DNA of 64,000 nucleotides. Source: Ptychomitrium polyphyllum (lineage: Eukaryota). The notes below the pieces were generated by a model. It searched no databases. It saw only the letters and a program-made list of their open reading frames with translations, and was not told where the DNA came from. The stretch lies in the NCBI GenBank assembly GCA_973851085.1, contig OZ316776.1:10602001-10666000 (forward strand). Direction: 5' to 3'. Positions 1 to 9,611 of this stretch are shown piece by piece (within the stretch, counting starts at the first letter, position 1; the number at the start of each line of letters is the position of its first letter). Made by a program: the position numbers and the translations under genes.

Positions 1-42
1 AGAGGACGCTGAGTTTAGTGTTCTGAGTTTCTTAAGAAGAGG

Positions 43-147
43 ATGACACTGCTTGAGCAGATGCACATCGTTTCAGGCGTACCTGTGGAGCTCTTTGCTT
101 GCAGAGAGGGACGGGCACCTGTGCGATTATTATCCCCTCTACTCTGA
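43..147 (+). CDS. Conserved-peptide upstream ORF (34 aa, MTLLEQMHIVSGVPVELFACREGRAPVRLLSPLL) in the leader of mitochondrial carrier copy 1
   Basis: ATG at 43 and TGA at 145-147. Aligns codon by codon with the ORF at 6066-6179 upstream of carrier copy 2, with many synonymous differences and a frame-preserving 6-nt indel. Confidence 0.75.
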   Translation: MTLLEQMHIVSGVPVELFACREGRAPVRLLSPLL

Positions 148-738
148 TTTTGTGAAGATACCCTTCTGTCGTTTTGTAAAATACTGTAAAGGAATTGTTG
201 ACTGCTCTACGGGGGTTTTAGACTTGGAACAGGTGAGGAAGTTTTTAATTTTGAGCCTGATTCTCTGCGACGCATCCCTGGGTGTTAGCACTGTGTATAT
301 AGTTTCTTCCGACGGAGCAGAGGGGAAGGGAGGGCTACCACCGCAGCTTCGTACCTTCGCTGTAGCGGCATTGTGTTTGCAGTCTTGTGTTTGCATGCAT
401 TGTAGCACGTACTTCTCCTGGCACGGATAGAGTGAGATGTTTTGATCTGGAAGGAGTTCACGTACCGGACACGTTATTACGGAGGTGGTATGTGAGCACG
501 ACGAAGGACAGTTAATGCGAAGCATATCAAAATTGAATAGTATTTGTATCGGCTTTTCAAGGAAAGGCTTGTTTTTTACAGCGGTGTGATTTAGGCGTAT
601 TCAGACCCTATTTAAGCGGAGTTCTGAAGTGAGTCTAGCAGTTCCCTGAGAAGTTGAGAATTAAGAGCTTTTGTTCAGCAAAGAGCAGTGGCACACAGAA
701 CGGAAAACCTTAGTAGGAAGGAAGAATCTAAAATAGGG

Positions 739-1722
739 ATGACTCTTCAACAGCAGCAGCAGCATGCTCCCGAGATACGGCTTCCTGCAGATGTGGACTG
801 GCACATGCTTGACAAATCCAAGTTCTTCGTCCTGGGAGCTGCACTTTTTTCTGGAGTCTCCGCAACGCTGTATCCGGTTGTGGTTCTCAAAACTCGGCAA
901 CAGGTTATGTCGGTGAATCAGTCCTGCACATCTCTGGGCTTGAACATTTTAAGAACACAGGGGCTTCCGGGTCTCTACAAGGGTTTCACCACCTCGCTTA
1001 TGGGGACTATCCCTGCCCGTGCGTTGTACATGTCAACTCTGGAAATTACAAAAACAAATGTAACATCATTTGCTACGAAGGTTGGAGGAATGTCTGAGCA
1101 TACGGCGGCAGCAGCGGCCAACGCCGCAGCAGGATTGACGGCCTCAGTTGCTGCCCAGCTCGTATGGACCCCGGTTGATGTAATCAGTCAGAGGCTCATG
1201 GTGCAGGGAGGACAAGGAGGTCTTGCAACGAAATATACAGGTGGCATTGATGCTTTTCGAACGATCATGAACCTAGATGGCGTGCGGGGCTTGTATCGAG
1301 GGTTTGGCATGTCTGTGCTAACATACGCTCCATCTAATGCTCTTTGGTGGGCGTCTTATTGTGTTACTCAAAGATCTATTTGGATGTCTCTTGGATACCG
1401 AGGAAAAGATGGTGAGCTCTGCGTGCCCAATTCAGCGATGCTGGTCGGCGTTCAGGGCTTCAGTGCAGCCTGTGCAGGGGGTTTCGCAGCGGTGGTAACA
1501 ACCCCATTTGATACAGTGAAAACCCGAATCCAGGTATTAGAAAATGAGGCTGGTAGGCGTGCGACTGTTGGACAGACTTTGAGAACTCTTGTGAAAGAAG
1601 GTGGTTGGAAGGCACTCTACAGGGGCCTTGGCCCACGGTGGGCGAGCATGTCCATGTCTGCCACGACCATGATTACTACTTACGAATTTCTGAAGCGCTT
1701 ATCTGCCAAACCACAAGAGTGA
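739..1722 (+). CDS. Mitochondrial substrate carrier family protein, SLC25A44-like (copy 1), intronless CDS
   Basis: Three carrier repeats with PX[D/E]XX[K/R]X[R/K]-type signatures (PVVVLKTR, PVDVISQR, PFDTVKTR) and GLY[K/R]G motifs. The N-terminal 'ADVDWHMLDKSKFF' is typical of the plant SLC25A44-like clade. First ATG at 739 (MTLQQQQQH) matches the start of the paralogue. Confidence 0.93.
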   Translation: MTLQQQQQHAPEIRLPADVDWHMLDKSKFFVLGAALFSGVSATLYPVVVLKTRQQVMSVNQSCTSLGLNILRTQGLPGLYKGFTTSLMGTIPARALYMSTLEITKTNVTSFATKVGGMSEHTAAAAANAAAGLTASVAAQLVWTPVDVISQRLMVQGGQGGLATKYTGGIDAFRTIMNLDGVRGLYRGFGMSVLTYAPSNALWWASYCVTQRSIWMSLGYRGKDGELCVPNSAMLVGVQGFSAACAGGFAAVVTTPFDTVKTRIQVLENEAGRRATVGQTLRTLVKEGGWKALYRGLGPRWASMSMSATTMITTYEFLKRLSAKPQE

Positions 1723-4700
1723 AGCAGTGACGTGAACAGGTATAGAAACCTGAATATATTGTTTGCTTCTGTTGTGTGTACTCGTGCAGAGCATTATGTG
1801 GGTTGTTGGCATGAATCTTGTGTAGATTGCTCATTTGATTTAGCAGTAAATCACTCGTACGATTTTGTAACACGTGTACATTGGAATGTCAAAATGAACG
1901 TGCTCTACTGGTTTAGTTGTTCTGCTACTGGATAGTTGAAAGATGACAAAATTGCGTTATGTAAATTTTCTTAGGGTGAAAAGCAGCTGTTCGAAGCAGA
2001 GCCCTGGAGTTAAACACATGAAACTACAGTCTCCGACCCTCTATAAGGGAGTTATCAGGGAAGTAATCTGCTAGTGCATCTGCCCGTGTTTGGGTGTATA
2101 GAAACACTTTGAAAGCCTTTTTAGAGTGATGATGAGAGATGTGTTTTAGAGCTTGCTCAAGCAGATTAGGAGTTTGATTGGCAGGACCAGATGGGTGTGG
2201 AGATGGCCAGTTGGAATCAGGCGTTTACTTTGATGGAGTGCCTGTGTGTGAGTCAGAATGCTATATATTGTATTGTAACAGGTTAGGGCAAAGGTACATC
2301 AGCATTATAAGATGTACTATGTCAACCATGGTTGTCGGACACACATGGACTACCTTCAGAGGTGGCTGGCTCTAAAGATTATCTATCTTCTGCAATGTAT
2401 ACTATTATATGGATGAGAGGTCGCTGTATATTGATATCAGAAACTGCATTCTACTGGTGGGTTGTTTTCCTCCTTGTGTTGATTGTAATGAGGATTTTCT
2501 AGTTTGTCAAGATGGTTTGCAATATTGGGATAGTTCTGTAGTCATACTTGTGTTTCATGAAAACTCTTACACAGTATGAGAGTGTGGCAGGATGTACGTG
2601 AAATAATAGTAACATAGGAAAGACATGGTCCATCTGCAGTGTCCTTGTGTAGATTAAGAGAGGACATTTTCTGAAGTGCTTTTTTGGGCATGCACCAAAC
2701 TTGAAACTGACATACCTACATAATCAGTGAGGTGGGTAGGATGGCACTCACATGGAACCTTCACTGAGAAGCAGGAGCCTCAGGAACCTGACAGAGGGAT
2801 GATGGTACATCTACATTTCTTAGAACTTGTATTTCTGCAATGGCTAGATCTTTTTCATACGGCCAAAAATCCAGGATGCCAGACCCACAAACCAACCTCA
2901 TGTTTACAAAAAAGGGTCTCCAAGATCCACATAGCCAATTTATGCAAAGGTGGAATTTGCAATACCATGGCTCCACTGGGAATGTTCTTCTGTGTGAGTC
3001 AGGTTATCCCCAGCTAGGCTGGAATGGTCTTTCTGTTGAGGTGTTCAGGAGAGTTGGACATGATGTACTGTATAGATTGATTCTCAAAATTCATTTGGTG
3101 AAAGTAGCAATTGATTGGGTGTACACAAATCCATACACTTCAAATAATAACAGCATCTCACCCTATTTTCTTTTTCTTTATTTTCTTGCACTAGTGAATA
3201 AACTATATTATGCATCTCACTTTGTTGAATTCAAACATATCATACTGTGGGTTCATGGCTCCAAGTTAGTGTGCTTCAGATGATGAATTATGACGTGATT
3301 GTAAACCATGACAGGACAAAGTTGATTATGCTTGCCATCATGTGTATAAGTACACTAATGTACTGTTTGTAACATTATAACTTCTTATACAGTGCTGTAG
3401 ACTTGAACAGTAGTTAATTCAATTTGGGGGAGTTCAAAAAATTAGAAAAATATTGCAAAAGGTGTTCGAATCTTACAAACTTTTTGTAAAATTGTTTAAA
3501 TATCATATAATTGTCCTTTCACAAGTACATGTTACTTGTTATTATTTTCAAGGCTATTTTCACTTTCAATATAATTTAGCTACAAGGCCTGATTCTAAAA
3601 CACAAGCTACACCATGCAATTTTGTATCGACCTCCCATTAACAATTAGATATGGCCTCTTGAATTTGAATCTCATTTAATTGATTGAAAAACAAAAAATC
3701 TTAGCTATTTAGTCCACTTACTACATTAGCCTATCATTTATATATATTAATATTCTAAACCTTACTAAGTTGTTATTCAAGTTGAAACTTTTGTTTACTT
3801 TTTATGTTCAAATTATGAAAATTTAATCTTTTGAGGTATTCAATTGACACAGTGGTACAAAAAGATTAGATGAAATCTAAAAGTGTGTAGTTTAATAAGA
3901 AAATAAACTATCAAAATTTCATTTGTGGTTACAATATACTCCAATTTTGGTAGTATTTTTAAAATATCTTTAAAAATTATCCAAAAAATTGTTATTTACA
4001 ACTAAATTAGAGCAAAAATGAGTTGTTTTGTTAATTCTATTTACTTGCAAAAAAAAGCTCAAATGAATGTTTATTGCATTGGAATAAACATTTATTTGTT
4101 GTCTTACATTATATTTGTAATTTTTAGGATCTTAAATAAAATTGAACATAGTAAAACATGTAAAATGGATATAATAATTTTCCATAAATTGGTTACAATT
4201 TTTTCAATGTGAAACTTTAAACAAAAATATTGTATTTTCTTTAAACATAACAATAAAATTTATAGAGAGTTGCTTCTAAAGTTCAATAAAAGTTCTATAG
4301 ATAATTTTCCAAATCAAATAAAATATCAATATAATTTTTTTACCATCTATGGCGTTTATACTTGTAATCAACATCATGAAAAAACTCTAAATAAGGAACA
4401 TTGATTTTTAATTTACAATTAGACTTCAAAGAAGGCATTTCAAAAATCAATTTTCAAACATTGTTAATGGTTGTAATAATGGTTTTATCTGTATAAATAT
4501 AATCTTCATGTTGACATTTACAACCTTGTTTAACGTTAATACATCATATTAGTAAATCATCAAATCTTTTATAATATATCTTGTAAAAACATTTAGTTTC
4601 CTACCTTCAAAAATTAAAACCTAGCATCTAATATCTACAAATTTCTAGCAAAAAGCAGAAATCGCTACATACGTCTTAAGGACTAAAAAAGTAAGGGTAA

Positions 4701-5349
4701 TATACTTTGCAAAGCAATCCCAACAACCATTCGTTATTATACTTCTACCCAACTCACGACTTATAAAAATATAGTTACTAATAGAAAAACATACCAAAAT
4801 TCTCACCAAAAAAACACGAAGATGTATAACTGAATTAAACCGCGATAGAAATGTGATAAATATGTTGAGGGTGGAAATTCTGGATTTAATTATTTAAAAC
4901 AAACAGAGAAATCCAGTGCTGGAAAAGCACCCCAAGAGCCCAACAAGGTGTTGAAGAACCAATGGTGTTTACCAAGGGTAAAGCGAGGATAGTAAATAAA
5001 GAGGCAACGCAGGGAAAGCAGGGCAAAGAGAAACCGCACTGAATCCCTGTGAGGCAAGGCAAGGGACGAATCAGGAGCCGGCATGAGGAACGGAAGTGAC
5101 TCACGCGCAACCGATACTTTCCTTCGTCGCGCTTTGTCCCCCACACCACAACACGACACATTCTCATTCCGCGCCTTTGTAGGGGCCGCAGGAAACACCG
5201 CGAACGGTGATCGTCGGGAACACCCGCGAACCCCCGCGAACCCGTTCGAACGGGCCGCACCGGCAGGCCGTGGCGCTGTCCACCGGCGGGGGCCGGTGCG
5301 AACAGAGGCGCAGCGAGTGTGGGCAGCGGCCGAAGGAATTTCTGCTGCC

Positions 5350-5406
5350 GTGCAGTGCAGTGCAGGGCCGGGCAGGGCAGGGCAGGGCAGGGCAGGGGAG
5401 GCAGGG
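5350..5406 (+). repeat. GCAGT/GCAGG pentanucleotide microsatellite in the GC-rich 5' region of carrier copy 2
   Basis: gtgcagtgcagtgcagggccgggcagggcagggcagggcagggcaggggaggcaggg. Confidence 0.8.
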
Positions 5407-6065
5407 TGGTGTGGCATTGCCGCCCCACTCCTGCAGCTTCACAAGTGTCGTCTGCGTCTGCCTCGCGTCCAGCCTCGGCGTTGCATCCCTTGCACTGCGC
5501 TCCGTCGCGCTGCAACCTCAAATATCCGCCGTGGTGTCCCCCAAGCGAGGCATTTCTGTCGCTCACTCGTGCACTACTAGGTCCTCATTGCCGCCGCGCG
5601 GTGCAAGTGGTGGGAGTTGCTTGTGTGTGGGCTGCGCATTGGCTTCGACTTGGCTTTCTGTGAATGTGGCTTCCGGTGGGGAATGCAGCAAGCAGGGGGT
5701 TCTTGAGTCTGGTTGGGGTGGCTGGAGGTTATTCAGTGGTTTGGATTGAGTTTGATGTGGGGCGGGTGTTTGTTGTTGGGGTGAGTTTTGGGTCGGTGCT
5801 GGGAGAAGGTTGTGTGGGGTGGTTATGACCTATCCTACATTGTGAGGATTTGGAGAGTTTGTGGAGGTTTCTTGGGTTTTGTCCGGATCTGGTCGAGTTT
5901 TCTGTGGCTTTGTGATCCATTGTTGGATTGTGGACGTCGATTTTTTCTTAGCAGCTTTGCGTTTTAGCTTTCTTGAAACCTGCTTTTAGAAATTTTATGA
6001 TTTGAACAGGGGAATTAGGACGAGGAGGTTGCAGTAAGGAAGGAAGGTTTTGCGGCGATAAGAGA

Positions 6066-6179
6066 ATGACACTGCCGGAGCATTTGCACATTGTTGCGGG
6101 CGTGCCTGTAAAGCTGCTTGGGTATACCGAGGGTAGAGCTCCTGTGCGCTTGGGGGTTTTATCTCCTCTATCCTTATAG
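6066..6179 (+). CDS. Conserved-peptide upstream ORF (37 aa, MTLPEHLHIVAGVPVKLLGYTEGRAPVRLGVLSPLSL) in the leader of mitochondrial carrier copy 2
   Basis: ATG at 6066 and TAG at 6177-6179, just downstream of a likely leader-intron acceptor (ttttatgatttgaacag at 6009). Peptide matches 43-147 (MTL.E..HIV.GVPV.L....EGRAPVRL..LSPL). Confidence 0.75.
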   Translation: MTLPEHLHIVAGVPVKLLGYTEGRAPVRLGVLSPLSL

Positions 6180-6511
6180 AGTCTTGCTTTGTAGAACATC
6201 ATGTGTTTTTCGTTCTCCCACATTCTGTCTGACCTATCAAGAACCAGATCTGAGCAGAGCGTTGAAATCTGGACCTGCCCAGAGATCTTTCTGATCCGGT
6301 GTTAAGAGTCCCCCGTGAAGATATTCACGTACATCATCATGGACTAGCTATTTTGCTCAGGCATTTGCGAATGCGGGGTGAATTTCTTTAATTCAACGTT
6401 CTAACCTGTTGGACAGACTGAACCTAATTCAGACCTATAGTCATAGTTTGTTGAGCTTAAGAATATTCTTGTACGGTACCCAGTTGAAAGCCCGCAAGCC
6501 CTGACCGTGGT

Positions 6512-7498
6512 ATGACTCTCCACCAGCAATCTCATCAGCATGCCGAAGATGTTCGGCTTCCTGCAGATGTGGACTGGAACATGCTCGACAAGTCAAAGTT
6601 TCTTGTGCTCGGTGCTGCACTTTTCTCTGGAGTGTCAGCAACGCAATATCCGGCTGTGGTGCTCAAAACCCGACAGCAAGTCATGGCTATGAACCAGTCT
6701 TGCACATCCTTGGGGTTGAGCCTTTTGAAAACACATGGGCTCCCGGGGCTCTACAAGGGTTTTACTACTTCTCTCATGGGAACCATTCCAGCTCGTGCAA
6801 TTTACATGTCAACATTGGAGTTTACCAAGTGTAACGTCAACACTCTTGCCAGAAGCGTTGGAGGCATGTCGGAGTCTGGAGCTGCAGCAGTGGCGAATGC
6901 TGCAGCTGGGTTGACAGCCTCCTTTGCAGCCCAGTTTGTGTGGACTCCTATTGATGTCGTTAGCCAGAGGCTCATGGTGCAGGGAGGCCGGGGCGGTCTT
7001 TCCACTGACTACAGAGGCGGCGTTGATGCGTTTCGGACAATCTTGAAGCAGGATGGGCCGCGAGGGTTGTACCGAGGGTTTGGCCTTTCTGTGTTCACAT
7101 GTGCCCCATCAAATGCCCTCTGGTGGGCGTCTTATTGTGTGATTCAGAGGTCTCTGTGGACGACTATCTGTAAGGAGATGAATGGAGGTGAGAATTTTGA
7201 GCCCAGTTCGGTTATGCTTGTTGGTGTCCAGGGTTTCAGCGCATCCCTTGCGAGTGGTGTTTCGGCTGTATTGACAACCCCTTTGGACACATTGAAAACC
7301 CGGCTTCAGGTTTTAAAGGATGAGAGTGGTAGGCGCCCTACTCTGAGGCAGACTCTGAATGCTCTTGTAGCTGAAGGTGGATGGATGGGTTTTTACAAAG
7401 GCATTGGTCCTCGTTGGGCTAGCATGTCCATGTCTGCGACATCCATGATCGTAACTTATGAATTCTTAAAGCGCATGTCTACCAAGCCTGAGGTGTGA
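6512..7498 (+). CDS. Mitochondrial substrate carrier family protein, SLC25A44-like (copy 2), intronless CDS
   Basis: 328-aa ORF collinear with 739-1722 (RLPADVDW.MLDKSKF, GLPGLYKGFTTSLMGTIPARA, APSNALWWASYCV, GPRWASMSMSAT). Confidence 0.93.
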   Translation: MTLHQQSHQHAEDVRLPADVDWNMLDKSKFLVLGAALFSGVSATQYPAVVLKTRQQVMAMNQSCTSLGLSLLKTHGLPGLYKGFTTSLMGTIPARAIYMSTLEFTKCNVNTLARSVGGMSESGAAAVANAAAGLTASFAAQFVWTPIDVVSQRLMVQGGRGGLSTDYRGGVDAFRTILKQDGPRGLYRGFGLSVFTCAPSNALWWASYCVIQRSLWTTICKEMNGGENFEPSSVMLVGVQGFSASLASGVSAVLTTPLDTLKTRLQVLKDESGRRPTLRQTLNALVAEGGWMGFYKGIGPRWASMSMSATSMIVTYEFLKRMSTKPEV

Positions 7499-9611
7499 TG
7501 CAGCAGTGTCGTTGTTCATTTATCATTCTCTACAAGGTACGCTTTGCTTTGTGAATCATGTCTGACTCATGTTCAGGAGTGAGTAATGTGTGAATTTTAA
7601 CTTAAGCTTTCAGCATATCCTTGGACACTCGCTGCCAAACAGGATAAGTTTTACAATCGTTTAAGAAGTGTCTCTTGAGACTGGCAATGGTGTTCTCATC
7701 CGTGAATCTGATATTAGTTGCTACTTTGTTGATTCTTCGCAGGTATGTAGCAGACTGCACTTAGAGTAGAGTCACTTAGATTAGATGCGTTCTTCAAACC
7801 CTTTTGTGCCGATTGTTATGGAGGAAAGGCGCGACAGTAGTTGAGCAGTTTTTCAATTCTTCGACGGGCTTTTCGGTGAAGTAATGGTGCTTAGGATTGT
7901 TGGGGTATCTCTTTGTTCATTCATTTGGTCGCAGCGTAATGCGTCTCTGTTAGGCAGATGTGGATGTAGATTTAGGTGTAGATATAGATGTAGGCAATGC
8001 ACACCCGCAGAGTGTTTGCTTCCGTGCAACAGATCCTTTAGATTCTTTTGTACAGTAGTTAGATGTAGGTTGAACTGCAAGAGGCAGGTTCAGCAGTTAT
8101 GCTGGTTTCTGCTGACGGGTCTTATTTTTATCCGCAACTCTGCTTGAGGTGGTTTGCCGCTGTATATTTTTCCTCTGCCATGTATAATAAACTTTATGGC
8201 CTTGACAGCAAGCGATATGACAAGCATCAGCTAATGCGATGAGAAGTTGACTTCAGTGCTTCCTGAATGTGGTCTTTCATAATCACCTCACTCAACAGTG
8301 CCTGACGTGCAATACCGATACCGGGACGACGGCAGGAGGTGACGATTCAAGACACTTAGCAATTACTGGCACCGAAAATCACCATGTCTCAAGCACGTTT
8401 ACAAAGGAGGCGAGAGAGTGAGCGACACAGCACTCCAGGGGGATTCAGCCCAAAGTTCTGAGAAGGTTCCTACCCACCAATCTGTTTACCCAGCACGCAC
8501 TTCAGCGACATTATCGAGCCACATAACAGACGTTACCTTGGTCAGCTCTACTACGAAAGCAAAATCTTGTTCCATATTCATTTGATGTTAGTATTTGGCA
8601 AACATGACCACTACATCTGGAGTCGTCAGACCTACAACCGGTAAACAACTGGTACGACATACAACTCCGTGATCGTCACCAGCTGGGTGTAGCTACTTCA
8701 AATTTTGAGATCCATAACTTTTCTTTCACCACAATCTCGTTTTTTAGCAACTAACTGTTGAAGAACTATACTGGCTTCTCCAAGAACAAGTCTCGAGAGC
8801 ACTGTAACCCCCACCTTCGACTGCTTTTGCGGTGCCGTCACAAAAAGTAGCAAAGTGCCAAGCAAAAAGATTATGACTTTCAAATGATTGATTTTATTCA
8901 ACAGTAAAATTCTATGGCAAATCTTAGAAATAAAGATTCAAGTTTAGGAACCTTTAACACGAGAATGCTCAGGCGAGCCTAAAATCTCCTGAAGTTGGGG
9001 ATTCTCTGGTCGACGTGGCGGTAGCCTATAAGCCTGCTGAATCTTTGTCTGATATGAACTAGAAGCTGGAAGCACAGGTAGGAGGGGGAAGGTGCTCCGC
9101 CGCGAAGCTCCAGATGCATTGCCCACCACTTCTTTGGCCTCCCAATCTTCGACCACAATCTCCAACTTGTACTGGGAGTAGTACAGCAGCTCTAGACCAT
9201 CAGCTAGAAATCAATCATGGTGTAGTAGCACTCGTTTCTCTACGCTTCATTGCTGTGACTGCTCGTTCAAGGAGCTGAGTGCCAGGAGCGTTCTCAAGGT
9301 ATGTCTATGTTGATCTTGCTCGCCTCGCAATGTTGGATTTTTGCTACTTTGAAATGAGAGCAGGATAGTGTTAGCATTTGTGTGATTTCGGGTGGTGTGA
9401 GGATTGGGTACATAGCTAATGCTTTTTTCTGGTTAGCAGTAGTGTAGAGGGGTAAATGATTCACCGCTTGCAGAATGTGGCGAAATTAGTTAAATTTTTC
9501 TGATGAGCTCAGTGACGTGCAGGGCGTTGAGCTTTTTGAAGATCTCCGGAGATCCTCTCTCTTTCTCTCTCTCTCTCTCGTGAGGGGTGCCACAGGGAGG
9601 GAGAGATAGAA

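Noticed and set aside
53..525. Track ORFs 53-430 (+) and 139-525 (-)
   Set aside because: No recognisable motifs and no counterpart upstream of carrier copy 2. The conserved frame is the short ORF at 43-147.
688..738. N-terminal extension of carrier copy 1 from a GTG start
   Set aside because: Non-ATG start, and the paralogue begins at the equivalent MTL.
2727..3283. Short ORFs between the two carriers
   Set aside because: No domain similarity or splice-supported continuation.
4886..5749. Several overlapping 100-226 aa ORFs on both strands
   Set aside because: By-product of a GC-rich promoter island and pentamer microsatellite (PALPC/RAGQG repeats).
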